DNA of 64,000 nt from Mobula hypostoma (lineage: Eukaryota), in NCBI RefSeq assembly GCF_963921235.1, contig NC_086101.1, forward strand, positions 1-64,000. The letters run 5' to 3'. This document shows, one piece after another, positions 39,456 through 53,147 of this stretch (position 1 is the first letter of the stretch; each line of letters starts with the position of its first letter). The notes under the pieces were generated by a model. That model was not told the origin of the DNA. It worked only from the letters and a program-made list of their open reading frames with translations, and searched no databases. The translations under genes and the position numbers were made by a program.

Positions 39456-41278
39456 TGAGAAAAACAACAATTGTTCATCCCAGTTTGGCAAAAGAATAAA
39501 CCAGGGAAGGTAGTGCGCCCGTGGCTGACGAGGGAAATTAGGGATAGTATCAATTCCAAAGAAGAAACACACAAATTAGCCAGAAAAAGCAGCACACCTG
39601 AGGACTGGGAGAAATTCAGAGTCCAGTAGAGAAGGACAAAGGGCTTAATTAGGAAGGGGAAAAAAGATTATGAGAGAAAGCTGGCAGGGAACATAAAAAC
39701 TGACTGTAAAAGCTTTTATAGATATGTGAAAAAAAAAAGATTGGTTAGTACAAATGTAGGTCCCTCACAGTCAGAAACAGGTGAATTGATCATGGGGAAC
39801 AAGGACATGGCAGACCAATTGAATAATTACTTTGGTTCTGTCTTCACGAAGGAGGACATAAATAATCTTCCGGAAATAGTAAGGGACCGAGGGTCTGGTG
39901 AGATGAAGGAACTGAGGGAAGTACATGTTAGTAGGAAAGTGGTGTTAGGTAAATTGAAGGGATTTAAGGCAGATAAATCCCCAGGGCCAGATGGTCTGCA
40001 TCCCAGAGTGCTTAAGGAAGTAGCCCAAGAAATACTGGATGCATTAGTGATAATTTTTCAAAACTCTTTAGATTCTGGACTAGTTCCTGAGGATTGGAGG
40101 GTGGCTAATGTAATCTCACTTTTTAAAAAAGGAGGGAGAGAGAAATTGGGGAATTATAAACCGGTAAGCCTGACATTGGTGGTGGAGAAAATGCTAGAGC
40201 CAGTTATCAAAGATGTGATAACAGCACATTTGGAAAGCGGTGAAATCATCGGACAAAGTCAGCATGGGTTTGTGAAAGGAAAATCATGTCTGACGAATCT
40301 CATAGAATTTTTTGAGGATGTAACTAGTAGAGTGGATAGGGGAGAACCAGTGGATGTGGTATATTTGGATTTTCAAAAGGCTTTTGACAAGGTCCCACAC
40401 AGGAGATAAGTGTGCAAACTTAAAACACACAGTATTGGGGGTATGGTACTGATGTGGATAGAGAATTGGTTGGCAGACAGGAAGCAAAGAATGGGAATAA
40501 ATGGGACCTTTTCAGAATGGCAGGCAGTGACTAGTGGGGTACCGCATGGCTTAGTGCTGGGACCCCAGTTGTTTACAATATATATTAATGACTTGGACGA
40601 AGGAATTAAATGCAGCATATCCAAGTTTGCGGATGACACGAAGCTGGGCGGCAGTGTTAGCTGTGAGGAGGATGCTAAGAGGATGCAGGGTGACTTGGAT
40701 AGGTTAGGTGAGTGGGCAAATTCATGGCGGATGCAATTTAATGTGGATAAATGTGAAGTTATCCACTTTGGTGGCAAGAACAGGAAAACAGATTATTATC
40801 TGAATGCTGACCGATTAGGAAAAGGGGAGGTGCAACGAGACCTGGGTGTCATTGTACACCAGTCATTCAAAGTGGGCATGCAGGTACAGCAGGCGGTGAA
40901 AAAGGCGAATGGTATGCTGGCATTCACTGCAAGAGGATTCAAGTACAAGAGCAGGGAGGTACTACTGCAGTTGTACAAGGCCTTGGTGAGACCACACCTG
41001 GAGTATTGTGTGCAGTTTTGGTCCCCTAATCTGAGGAAAGACATTCTTGCCATAGAGGGAGTACAAAGAAGGTTCACCAGATTGATTCCTGGGATGGCAG
41101 GATTTTTATATGATGAAACACTGGATCAACTAGGCTTATACTATCTGGAATTTGGAAGATTGAGGGGGGATCTTATTGAAATGTATAAAATTCTGAAGGG
41201 ATTGGACAGGCTAGATGAAGCAAGATTGTTCCCGATGTTGGGGAAGTCCAGAACGAGGGGTCACAGTTTGAGGATAAC

Positions 41279-43040
41279 ATAGAACATAGAACAGTACAGC
41301 ACAGTACAGACCCTTCGGCTCACAATGTTGTGCCGACCCTCAAACCCTGCCTCCCATATAAGCCCCCAACTTGAATTCCTCCATATACCTGTCCAGTAGT
41401 CTCTTAAACCTCACGAGTGTATTTGCCTCCACCACTGACTCAGGCAGTGCATTCCACACACCAACCACTCTCTGAGTAAAAAAATCTTCCTCTAATATCC
41501 CCCTTGAACTTCCCACCCCTTACCTTAAAGACATGTCGTCTTGTATTGAGCAGTGGTGCCCTGGGGAAGAGGCACTGGCTATCCACTCTATCTATTCCTC
41601 TTATTATCTTGTACACCTCTGTCATGTCTCCTCTCATCCTCCTCCTCTCCAAAGAGTAAAGCCCTAGCTCCCTTAATCTCTGATCATAATGCATACTCTC
41701 TAAACCAGGCAGCATCCTGGTAAATCTCCACTGTACCCTTTCCAATGCTTCCACATCGTTCCTATAGTGAAGTGACCAGAACTGGACACAGTACTCCAAG
41801 TGTGGCCTAACCAGAGTTTTATAGAGCTGCATCATTATATCGCGACTCTATCCCTCAACTTATGAAAGCTAACACCCCATAAGCTTTCTTAACTACCCTA
41901 TCCACCTGTGACGCAACTTTCAGTGATCTGTGGACTTGTACCCCCTGATCCCTTTGCTCCTCCACACTACCAAGTATCCTGCCATTTACTTTGTACTCTG
42001 CCTTGGAGTTTGTCCTTCCAAAGTGTACCACCTCACACTTCTCGGGGTTGAACAACATCTGCCACTTCTCAGCCCACTTCTGCATCCTATCAATGTCTCT
42101 CTGCAATCTTTGACAATCCTCCACACTATCTTCAACACCACCAACCTTTGCGTCATCTGCAAACTTGCCAACCCACCCTTCTACCCCAACATCCAGGTCG
42201 TTAATAAAAATCACGAAAAGTAGAGGTCCCAGAACAGATCCTTGTGACACCACTAGTCACAATCCTCCAATCTGAATGTACTCCCTCCACCACAACTGTC
42301 TGCCTTCTGCAGGCAAGCCAATTCTAAATCCACCTGGCCAAACTTCCATGGATCCCATGCATTCTGACTTTCTGAATAAGCCTACCATGTGGAACCTTGT
42401 CAAATGCCTTACTAAAATCCATATAGATCACATCCACTACACTACCCTCATCTATATGCCTGGTCACCTCCTCAAAGAACTCTATCAGGCTTGTTAGACA
42501 CGATCTGCCCTTCACAAAGCCATGCTGACTGTCCCTGATCAGACCATGATTCTCCAAATGCCCAGAGATCCTATCTCTAAGAATGTTTTCAAACAGCTTT
42601 CCCACCACAGACGTAAGGCTCACTGGTCTATAATTACCCGGACTATCCCTACTACTTTTTTGAACAAGGGGACAACATTCGCCTCCCTCCAATCCTCCGG
42701 TACCATTCCCGTGGACAACGAGGACATAAAGATCCTAGCCAGAGGCTCAGCAATCTCTTCCCTAGCCTTGTGGAGCAACCTGGGGAATATTCCGTCAGGC
42801 CCCGGGGACTTATCCATCCTAATGTATTTTAACAACTCCAACACCTCTTCTCCCTTAATATCAACATGCTCCAGAACATCAAACTCACTCATATTGTCCT
42901 CACCATCATCAAATTCCCTCTCATTGGTGGACACCGAAGAGAAGTATTCATTGAGGACCTCGCTCACTTCCACAGCCTCCAGGCATATCTTCCCACCTTT
43001 ATCTCTAATCAATCCTACCTTCACTCCTGTCATCCTTTTT
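41279..43040 (-). mobile_element. CR1 family A, 5'-truncated RT, nested in CR1-B
   Basis: Near-identical to 26761-28520. Confidence 0.92.
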
Positions 43041-43320
43041 TAAAGGGGAAGCCTTTTAGGACAGAGATGAGGAAAAACTTCTTCACACAGAGAGTGGTGA
43101 ATCTGTGGAATTCTCTGCCACAGGAAACAGTTGAGGCCAGTTCATTGGCTATATTTAAGAGGGAGTTAGATATGTCCCTCGTGGCTAAAGGGATCGGGGG
43201 TATGGAGAGAAGGCAGGTACAGGGTTCTGAGTTGGATGATCAGCCATGATCATACTGAATGGCGGTGCAGGCTCAAAGGACCGAATTGCCTACTCCTGTA
43301 CCCATTTTCTATGTTTCTAT

Positions 43321-45640
43321 TATTCCCAGAAATACCTGCCATTGTTGTTCCATTGTCATCCCTGCAAGGGTATATTTCCAGTCAGCTTTGGCCAGCTCCT
43401 CCCTCATGGCTCCATCGTCCCCATTGTTCAACTGTAATACTGACACTTCCGATTTTCCCTTCTCCCTCTCAAATTGTAGATTAAAACTTATCATATTATG
43501 GTCACTACCTCCTAATGGCTCCTTCACCTCAAGTTGTCTTTTCAAATTCCATTTATTACATAACACTAAATCCAGAATCGCCTTCTCCCTGGTAGGTTCC
43601 AGTACAAGCTGTTCTAAGAATCCATCTCGAAGGCACTCCACAAACTCCCTTTCTTGGGGCCCAGTATCAACCTGATTTTCCCAGTCTACCTGCATGTTAA
43701 AATCCCCCATAACAACTGTAGCATTACCTTTGCGACATGCCAGTTTTAACTCTTGATTCAACTTGCACCCTATATCCAGGCTACTGTTTGGGGGCCTGTT
43801 GATAACTCCCATCAGGGTCTTTTTGCCCTTACAATTTCTCAGTTCTATCCATACTGACTCCACGTTTCCTGATTCTATGTCCCCCCTCGCAAGGGACTGA
43901 ATTTCATTCCTCACCAACAGAGCCACCCCACCCCCTCTGCCCATCCGTCTGTCCTTTTGATAGGATGTATATCCTTGAATATTCATTTCCCAGGCCCTGG
44001 TCCTCTTGCGGCCATGTCTCTGTTATTCCTACAACATCATACTTCCCAATTTCCAACTGATCCTCAAGCTCATCCACTTTATTTCTTATACTTCGTGCAT
44101 TCATATACGATACTTTTAATCCATTACTCCCCTCACCTTTCACATCGATTCCTATTGCTCTTGGCCATACTCTCCAATCTCTTCCTGAGCTTTCTGTCCC
44201 GTTAATTCTGTCTTTCTTAACTTTCCTTATTCTCTCTTTCCCTTTAACTCCATCCTTATATTTCCTCTCCTTCCCCCCCCCCCCCAATTACTTAATTTAA
44301 ACACACCCGTGTAGCAGTGGCAAACCTGCCTGCCAGAACGCTGGTCCCCCGCCTGTTAAGATGCAACCCGTCCCTTCTGTACAATTCACCCTTGCCCCAA
44401 AACAAATCCCAGTGGTCTAAGAATCTAAATCCCTGCTCCCTGCACCAGCTCCTCAGCCACACATTCAGATCCCCTCTTCCTGCCCTCACCAGCACGAGGA
44501 ACTGGAAGCAAACCGGAGATAACTATCCTGGAGGTCCTGCTTTTCAGCCTTCTTCCGAGTTCTGTGAAGTCACGCTGCAGAATTTCTTTCCTCCTCTTCC
44601 CGACGTCATTTGTGCCGACATGCACCACCACTTCCGGCTGTTCACCTTCACCCTTGAGGATGCCCTGCAATCAGTCCGTGATGTCCTTGATCCTGGCACC
44701 AGGGAGGCAACACACCATACTTAAATCCCGCCTGTTGCCACAGAAACCCCTTTCTGTATCTCTCACTATGGAGTCCCCTACTACCACGGCTCTGCCTGAC
44801 GTCTGTCTCCTTGGCTTTGTTTCAGTGCCAATTTTTGACTCGCAGACCTATCCGCCTCTCAGACTGGCAGTGTCTTCTATCCCGACAGCTTCCAAGAGAG
44901 TGAACCTGTTTTCAAGAGATACATCCCCCCGGGGTCTCCTGTACTCCAAGCATCCATCCCTTCCTCATCGTCGCCCCCCTTCTCTCTTCTGGTGTGTTTG
45001 GTGTAACGATCTCGCTGTAGGTCCTGTCCAGAAAACTCTTGTTTTCCCGGATCAACCTGAGGTCATCCAGTTGCTTCTCCAGTGCCCCAACACGGTCCTT
45101 CAGAAGCTGAACCTGGACACACCTTCCACATTTGTAGCAGCCAGAGGCCCCTTCAGTGTCCCTGACCTCCCACATCATGCAAGCAGCACACTGAATCAGT
45201 TTACCTGTCATTTCCTCACCACCTCTCACCCTCTCCAACTGTGGCGTGTCTCCTCCCTTGGCCTCCTCACCGAAGACTCTCGAGACAAAGACTCGCACTT
45301 CTCTCACAGGGCACTTCCCTCGACAAGGCCACTCCCCTACAGCAAACCTTGCTTATATTGACTGATATATTGACTAATTCGTTTCACTTGCCGCACATTT
45401 GCCGACCTTGAAGGTATGTGTTGCAGGCTGGTCCCGACCGTTTTTTAAATCACCTGCTCCTGAAAACAACAGAAAAAAGACTCCCAAGACCTTAACTTCT
45501 CAGCCAATCCCCGCACTCACTCCTTCACTTGCCGCACCTTTGCCGATCTTGAAAAACTAACCTGAAAAAAAGACTCCCAAGAGCTTAACTTCTCAGCCAA
45601 TCCCCCCACTCATTTCCCTCCTGGAACCTATCCTTGCAAG
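43321..45640 (-). mobile_element. CR1 LINE 5' half: 5' UTR, ORF1 (Cys motif, coiled coil, SGNH esterase-like domain) and APE endonuclease
   Basis: IQCAACMMWEV..YKCGRC..LEKQL; VVVHVGTND..DGLHLN; NARSIRNK, VGITETW, MGDFN and SDH. Confidence 0.85.
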
Positions 45641-45699
45641 CAAGGGAAGTTTTACACGCTCCCATTTACTTCCTCCCTCAGCTCCATTCTGGCTCAGAA

Positions 45700-46700
45700 A
45701 CAGTCCTTCCAGGTGAGGCAACATTTCAAAACAGGGTAAGAATAGGAATTCGGCAGGTGGATGTGTGGTTGAGGAACTGGTGCAGGGGCATTGAATCATA
45801 TCTCTGGGTCATTGGGATCTCTTCAGGGGTGGATTGATCTGTACAACAGGAGCGGGTTGCACCTGAACCTGACGGGGTCCAGTAAGCTTGTGGGCAGGTG
45901 TGTTAGAGCTTGTGTTTAAAATAACTTGTCAGGGGATGGGAACCAGAGTGTGAGTGCTGAGGATGAGGTAGTGTGCAGTGACAGTACGAGCAAGCAGAGG
46001 CTGATGTCAGGTCAAAATTGCAGTCAACGGGATGAGTTGCAGCGTTAAAGTGGGATAACATTGATAAAGGTGATGTATGCAGGACTGGGGGTGTTATATT
46101 TGAATGTGCACAGTGTAGAGATTAACAGAGGTGAACTTTTAGCACAGTGTGATTTGGGTACATATCCGTATCGTGGCTGAACGAAGATTATAACCCTGAT
46201 CTTAACCTCCAAGCAGACACGTTGTATCGAAAGGACAGGTCGGAAGGCAAAGGGGATGGGTGGCTCTGCTGGTAAATATGAAATAAAATCATTACCAAAA
46301 AGAGGCGGCAGAGAACCAGAAGATGTAGAATCTCTGGGTAGACCGAAGAAACATTAAGTGTAACAAGACCCTGAGATAATTTATATTCAGATCTCCAACC
46401 GTATTAAGGATGCGGTCTACAAATTACAACGGAAGACAAAATGCATGTCAAAAGGGTCAAAAGGGCTGTGTTAAGATAGTCATGGGGGATATCAATTAGG
46501 AAAATCAGGTTAGTGTTGGTTACCAAGAGGGGGAAATTTGTAGAATGCCGACGAGGTGTCTGGTTCAAGCAGCAGGTTGAACACACTGGGATCAGCTGTT
46601 CCGGATTGTGTGTTGAGCGATGAACCGGAATTGAGCCCTGTTGAAATACCAGAGAAGACTCAATGGGCCGAATGGCCTGATTGTGCTCCTATATCTTATG
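45700..46700 (+). mobile_element. Old, heavily decayed CR1 (end of ORF1, EN, 3' remnant)
   Basis: Remnants of WLRNWCR..G and GLHLN, plus EN nucleotide similarity to 43600-44100. Confidence 0.55.
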
Positions 46701-46869
46701 GAGTTCTGGTCTAACAAACCCCTGCAATGCTGAGTGACCAGGGTTCTGTCCTGGGTGTGATGAACTGCTGCAATATCTGCAGAATCTGACATTAACAGTC
46801 CCTCGTCAACTCGCAACTCAGTTTAGTCACCTTCATTTTTAAACTTTTAACAGACGGCTTACTTGAATT

Positions 46870-47550
46870 TCCTCCCTAGTGCGAAGTTGCTGGTGTTTCA
46901 GCAGGTGGGATAACTGAGTAAATCTCTTCGCTTACTCAGGACAGAAGTATGGCCTCTACTTATTGTGAACTCGCTGGAGCCTCTCAAGGTGGGTTAACTG
47001 AATGAAATGCTTCCCATGCTCTGAGAGGTGTACGGCTGCTTCCCCAGCGTGAAATGGCAGAGCTCGATTAACTGATTAAACCCTTCCCACACTCGCCGCT
47101 GGTGAATGGGAGTGACCGCTCTGGTATTTCTGCAGATCGGATGTTTGTATGAATCCTTTCCCATACCCGGAGCAGGTGAACGGCCTCACCACAGTGTGAA
47201 CTTGCTGGTGTATCTGCAGGTACAATGACCTCATGCATCCCCTCCAAAATGAGAGCCTGTGAATGACATCCCACCGCTACCAACTGACTGGCCGTTCATC
47301 AGGTCAGGTCACAGACGTGTACACATATTCGGTTCTCCGTGCCACAACTGGGGTGCTGTCTTCTCCAGCATCTCCTCCTCCATATTCGAGGACTGGAGGC
47401 ATTCAAGTGCTGGTGAACTGATAGACAGCAGAACTGACGTGCTGTTGTGTTTGACATTCCCACACACAAACCCTTTGCCTTTTCCGCGCTGTCAAAATTC
47501 TGAAAATGTCATCGATGGGTGAAAGACAACTGAAATAGTTTTAGTCTTAA
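46870..47550 (-). pseudogene. Decayed C2H2 zinc-finger gene remnant
   Basis: Reverse-complement finger motifs (cagtgtgaac, ttcccacact; PFTSGECGKG) plus an upstream segment homologous to 24915-25040. Confidence 0.65.
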
Positions 47551-47689
47551 TAGCGACGACTGTTGTAGCAAGGCTGAACACTGGTTGGAGGAGGAATACC
47601 TCATCTTCTAACTGAGCACAATTCAAGCATCCAGGCACGACATCCACACACACGGTTGACTTGGAGTATCCCGTCTGACAGTGACTGCA

Positions 47690-49400
47690 GGTCAGGGTAG
47701 GAGACAGCTGACCCTGACCCTGTCGGTATCATCCCCAGAGTACAGAAGGCCTGTGTGAGCCTGCTGTCTGTATTTTGATGCACCTTTACAATCTGATACT
47801 GATTCTGGAAAAAGATACCGGTGCTGTGGAAGACTTCCTGCTTGGTTCCTTTACCCAAGAAGGCAACTCCTTCTCAACTTAATGACTACAGACCAATTGC
47901 CCTCATATCTCATGTGCTGAAGGTGCTGGAGAAGCTGGTCCTGACTTAGCTTTGACCCTCTACTATTTGTCTACCAACCTCATGAGGGAGTGGATGATAC
48001 CATCATCTACCTGTTGCAGCGAGCTCACTCCCACTGGGATGATGTTGGTGGCATTGTGGGAATCACATTATTTTTTCTTTCTCGAGTGCATTCAACATAA
48101 TCCAGCCATGTCTTCTGAGCAAGTAGCTGCAAAAGATGAGCATAGACAACTCCACTACCTCCTGGGTTACTGACTACCTAACAGATAGACCCAGTTTGTA
48201 CTGCTGGGTATTTCTCTGTCTGAGGTGGAGGTGAGTGACACTGGAGCCCCAGAACGGACTGTCCTGTCTCCATTTCTGTTCACACTGTACACCTCAGACT
48301 TTCAGTACAATCCCAAGTGTTGTTTCTGAAGTTCTCTGATGACTCTGCGGTAGCTGGGTGCATCAGAGATGAGCAGGAGGCAGGATACAGAGGACTTGTG
48401 GGCAGATTTTTGGAATGGTGCAGGAGGAATCACCTGCTTCCGAATGTGGCCAAAGCCAGGGAAATGGTGATGGATTTTAGGAGGAAGAGGACGGTGACGA
48501 GTTCTGTATACATTCTGAGAGAAGAAGCCGCGGTGGCGGAGGAGTACAAATATTTGGGTGTTCACTTCGGCAATAGAAATGGCTGGAAAACCAACACCAA
48601 GGCTGTTTACAAGAAGGACTCTATTCTCTAAGGAAGCCAAGATTCACCAATGTGTGCAGCAGGATGTTGGAGATCTTTTACCAGTCTGTTGTAGCGAGTG
48701 CTGTCTTCTTTGCTGCTTTATGTTGGGGGAGCAGCATTGGTGCTGGTGATGCAAAACGCCTAAATAAACTAATCAAAAAGGCTGGAACCGTCCTTGGCCA
48801 CAACCTGGAATCTTTCGAGTTAGTGGTGGAGAAGAGGTCACTAAACAAACTGTTATAGAAACATAGAAAATAGGTGCAGGAGTAGGCCATTCAGCCCTTT
48901 GAGCCTGCACCACCATTCAGTATGATCATGGCTGATCATCCAACTCAGAACCCAGTACCAGCCTTCCCTCCATACCCCCGATCCCTTTAGCCACAAGGGC
49001 CATATCGAACTCCCTCTTAAATATAGCCAATGAACTGGCCTCAACTGTTTCCTGTGGCAGAGAATTCCACAGATTCACCACTCTCTGTGTGAAGAAGTTT
49101 TTCCTAATCTCGGTCCTAAAAGGCTTCCCCTTTATCCTCAAACTGTGACCCCTCGTTCTGGATACAACATATACAACAGATCATCTTTCTGTGACAGGAG
49201 AACACACATTATAGTTCAATAGTCTCTGCATTATTATTTTATATATTATTATTGCACATCGGTATATTATTATTGTGTATATTATTATTCTCTATTTTAT
49301 TTTCAGTAAAGTCTGCACATTGCTAAGTGTGTTTTTAAATGTTGCTGCCGTAACGAAAGAATTCCCCACTCGGGATCAATAAAGTATTTATAATTATAAC
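47690..49400 (+). mobile_element. Rex1/Babar-type LINE RT and 3' end, decayed, with a nested CR1-B 3' fragment
   Basis: VLWKTSCLVP, NDYRPIAL, GAP..TVLSPFLFTLYT, KFSDDSA, EMVMDFRRK and CWGSSI; 3' end gggatcaataaag. Confidence 0.75.
48856..49161 (-). mobile_element. CR1 family B 3' fragment
   Basis: Reverse complement of 41250-41278 plus 43041-43320. Confidence 0.88.
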
Positions 49401-49424
49401 AATAATAATTACTATTATTATTAT

Positions 49425-49670
49425 TCTCCAGACCTTTATCTCTCTCACCAATCAACTACTCAACTCTTTACTTCACCACTCCCCCTCTCCCGGTTTCACC
49501 TTTCACCTCCACTCCCGCCACGTTCCTTTCACCTCCCTTCCTTTCCAGTCCTGAAGAAGGGTCTCGGTCTGAAACGCCGACTGTTCACTCCTCTCCATAG
49601 CTGCTGCCTGCCCCCCGATTCCCTCCAGCATTTTGTGCGCGTTGCTTTGGATTTCCACATCTGCAGATTT
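49425..49670 (+). mobile_element. PLE pseudo-LTR fragment containing a hammerhead motif (49546-49583) with a mutated cleavage triplet
   Basis: cagtc-CTGAAGA-agggtctcggtct-GAAAC-GCC-gactg; same family as the arms at 25299-25524. Confidence 0.7.
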
Positions 49671-49679
49671 ACGCCCAGT

Positions 49680-50150
49680 CGATCAGATGCGCACGCGCAA
49701 AGGGTTGAGCACGCCACGATTAACACGCATGCGCCTAGTAGACGAGAGGATCGCAAGGATCGGCTGCAGGTAGGAATGGGGCTCCGGGCGGGACTTTAAT
49801 CATCGGCGTTTGAACCGCGACTGAAGAACAATTAATGTGAGCTCCGGCCACGCTAGACCTGTACCCCGGGACAGTCCCGGTCCTTACCCGCTTTCTCAGC
49901 CTCACGATATCGTACTTGGGCCAGGGGACTTTACGGCTGATGAGCGCTTGCGGCATTGCCTTTTCTGCGGCGCATGCGCAACGCTGGTTCCTTGGATGGC
50001 GGATAGATTGGTTTCTCCTTCGTGGGGGCTTCTGGGGAGAGAGGCAGCCATGGGTGATATGACCGTCGTTGTCCCCGTACAGGTGGAGGAAATGGAAGCG
50101 GATGTATCTCCCAAACACCGCCAAACTCCAGCTATGTAAATCTGAGGATT
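49680..50150 (+). promoter_or_regulatory. CpG-rich promoter-like cassette 2 (NRF1-type motifs, GC box, possible donor cag|gtagga); probable promoter of the ZNF at 54206
   Basis: Motifs at 49688, 49725 and 49970; collinear with cassette 1. Confidence 0.55.
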
Positions 50151-50295
50151 AGTCATAGTCATACTTTATTGATCCGGGGGGAAATTGGCTTTCGTTACAG
50201 TTGCATCATAAATAATTAAATAGTAATAAAACCATAAATAGTTAAATAGTAATAAGTAAATTATGCCAGGAAATAAGTCCAGGACCAGCCTATTA
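50151..50295 (-). mobile_element. Short Rex-type LINE 3' fragment
   Basis: Reverse complement of the tail at 29467-29546; absent at the paralogous position ~33625. Confidence 0.6.
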
Positions 50296-50645
50296 GGAAC
50301 TCGGAACAAAAATATAGTTACCAGTTAATCTCGGATGAAGAGTCCAGTCAGTGAAAATGTCAATTAGTGCTGTGTGAAAAAAAAATCCTTCCTTCTGCTT
50401 TAGTTCTCTCTAGATAAATAACGATATAAGTGACTTGTGGCTTCCACATCCCAAAGGTGCCACACTCCAATGAGAAAAACTATCCCCTTCATATTCATTG
50501 GCATTGCAATCGATGGGTTCATCACTGTCAATCAGCTGAGGGAGCGGATCCGAGGAATTAGAAAATCCCCAGGATCAGACATGTAGTAACAAGTTTTGTT
50601 TGTAGTGTTGTGGAACACAACCAGAAATTGAAATAATACCAAATG

Positions 50646-53147
50646 AGGCTATAAGGCTACAACTTGCGGGTGTGAATTGGGATGATGTTTTTGCAGGGAA
50701 ATGTACTATGGACATGTGGTCAATGTTTAGAGATCTCTTGCGGGATGTTAGGGATAAATTTGTCCTGGTGAGGAAGATAAGGAATGGTAGGGTGAAGGAA
50801 CCATGGGTGACAAGTGAGGTAGAAAATCTAGTCATGTGGAAGAAGGCAGCATACATGAGGTTTAGGAAGCAAGGATCAGATGGATCTATTGAGGAATATA
50901 GGGAAGCAAGAAAGGAGCTTAAGAAGGGGCTGAGAAGAGCACGAAGGGGGACACGGTACATCATTAAAGACCTCTCACACCCTTTCCATGAACTGTTTGT
51001 TCTTCTGCCATCAGGCAAACGTTACAGGAGCATCAAAACTAAAACCACAAGGCCTCTAAACAGCTTCCTCCCACAGGCAGTCAGACTAAATAGCTGCTCC
51101 ACCTGACTCTGCTTTGAACACTTTTAACTTGCACTGGACACTTATAACTGATTTAACTGACATGTGGTGTTGTGTTTTACTATTTATTGTTATGTTTATT
51201 ATTTAGTATTGAGTTTGTTATGTTATGATTGCACTGCCCCTGAGAAACGCTGCCTCATTCTGCCCTGCAGAGCTGTTGTATGGTTAGAATGACAATAAAG
51301 TTTTTTGAATCTTGAATCTTGAATGAGAAGGCCTTGGCGAGTAGGGTAAAGGGAAACCCCAAAGCATTCTTCAATTATGTGACGAACAAAAGGATGACAG
51401 GAGTGAAGGTAGGACCGATTAGAGATAAAGGTGGGAAGATGTGCCTGGAGGCTGTGGAAGTGAGTGAGGTCCTCAATGAATACTTCTCTTCGGTATTCAC
51501 CAATGAGAGGGAACTTGATGATGGTGAGGTGGATGTTCTGGAGCATGTTGATATTAAGGGAGAGGGGGTGTTGGAGTTGTTAAAATACATTAGGATGGAT
51601 AGGTCCCCGGGGCCTGACGGAATATTCCCCAGGCTGCTCCACGAGGCGAGGAAGAGATTGCTGAACCTCTGGCTAGGATCTTTATGTCCTCATTGTCCAC
51701 GGGAATGGTACCGGAGGATTGGGGGGAGGCGAATGTTGTCCCCTTGTTCAAAAAAGGTAGTAGGGATAGTCCGGGTAATTATAGACCAGTGAGCCTTGTG
51801 TCTGTGGTGGGAAAGCTGTTGGAAAAGATTCTTAGAGATCGGATCTCTGGGCGTTTAGAGATTCATGGTCTGATCAGGGACAGTCAGCATGGCTTTGTGA
51901 AGGGCAGATCATGTCTAACAAGCCCCATAGAGTTCTTTGAGGAGGTGACCAGGCATATAGATGAGGGTAGTGCAGTGGATGTGATCTATATGGATTTTAG
52001 TAAGGCATTTGACAAGGTTCCACATGGTAGGCTTATTCAGAAAGTCAGAAGGCGTGGTATCCAGGGAAGTTTGGTTAGGTGGATTCAGAATTGGCTTGAC
52101 TGCAGAAGGCAGAGGGTCGTGGTGGAGGGAGTACATTCAGATTGGAGGACTGTGACCAGTGGTGTCCCAAAAGGATCTGTTCTGGGACCTCTACTTTTTG
52201 AGGCTTTTATTGATGACCTGGATGTCGGGGTAGAAGGGTGGGTTGGCAAGTCTGCAGATGACACAAAAGTTGGTGGTGTTGTAGATAGTGTAGAGGATTG
52301 TCGAAGGTTGCAGAGAGACATTGATGGGATGCAGAAGTGGGCTGAGAAGTGGCAGATGGAGTTCAGCCCGGAGAAATGTGAGGTGGTACACTTTGGAAGG
52401 ACAAACTCCAAGGCAGAGTACAAAGTAAATGGCAGGATACTTGGTAGTGTGGAGGAGCAGAGGGATCTGGGGGTACATGTCCACAGATCCCTGAAAGTTG
52501 CCTCACAGGTAGATAAGGTAGTTAAGAAATCTTATGGGGTGTTAGCTTTCATAAGTCGAGGGACAGAGTTTAAGAGTCGCGATGTAATGATGCAACTCTA
52601 TAAAACTCTGGTTAGGCCACACTTGGAGTGCTGTGTCCAGTTCTGGGTCGCCTCACTATAGGAAAGATGTGGAAGCATTGGAAAGGGTACCGAGGAGATT
52701 TACCAGGATGCTGCCTGGTTTAGAAAGTATGCATTATGATCAGAGATTAAGGGAGCTAGGGCTTTACTCTTTGGAGAGAAGGAGGATGAGAGGAGACATG
52801 ATAGAGGTGTACAAGATGATAAGAGGAATAGATAGAGTGGATAGCCAGCGCCTCTTCCCCAGGGCACCACTGCTCAATACAAGAGGACATGGCTTTAAGG
52901 TAAGGGGTGGGAAGTTCAAGGGGGATATTAGAGGAAGGTTTTTTACTCAGAGAGTGGTTGGTGCGTGGAATGCACTGCCTGAGTCAGTGGTGGAGGCAGA
53001 TACACTAGTGAAGTTTAAGAGACTACTAGACAGGTATATGGAGGAATTTAAGATGGGGTGTTATATGGGAGGCAGGGTTTGAGGGTCGGCACAATATTGT
53101 GGGCCGAGGGGCCTGTAATGTGCTGTACTATTCTGTGTTCTATGTTC
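50646..53147 (+). mobile_element. CR1 family A, 5'-truncated, intronic to the ZNF unit, with a nested Rex-type 3' end
   Basis: RT motifs and (TTCTATG) tail; absent from the paralogous position ~33990. Confidence 0.92.
50951..51322 (+). mobile_element. Rex1/Babar-type LINE 3' end
   Basis: HPFHELFVLLPSGKRYRSIKTKTTR..NSFLPQAVRL; aataaa plus (TGAATCT)n tail. Confidence 0.7.

Larger units (their letters stand above)
38218..43320 (+). mobile_element. CR1 family B copy (end of EN, RT, 3' tail), split by a Rex-type insert (38530-39455) and CR1-A (41279-43040)
   Basis: The sequence is continuous across both inserts (gaact|acaacaattg; gaggataa|aggggaagcc). RT motifs DFQKAFDKV and FADD; tail ttttctatgtttctat. 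Confidence 0.88.

Noticed and set aside
33392..50162. ORFs across the GC-rich cassettes (33392-33715, 49735-50162)
   Set aside because: Frames are not conserved between paralogous cassettes and no domains are recognisable; GC-rich sequence readily yields stop-free stretches.
25241..52484. Many antisense and alternate-frame ORFs overlapping CR1 copies
   Set aside because: They are shadow ORFs of LINE coding sequence and recur only because the LINE recurs.
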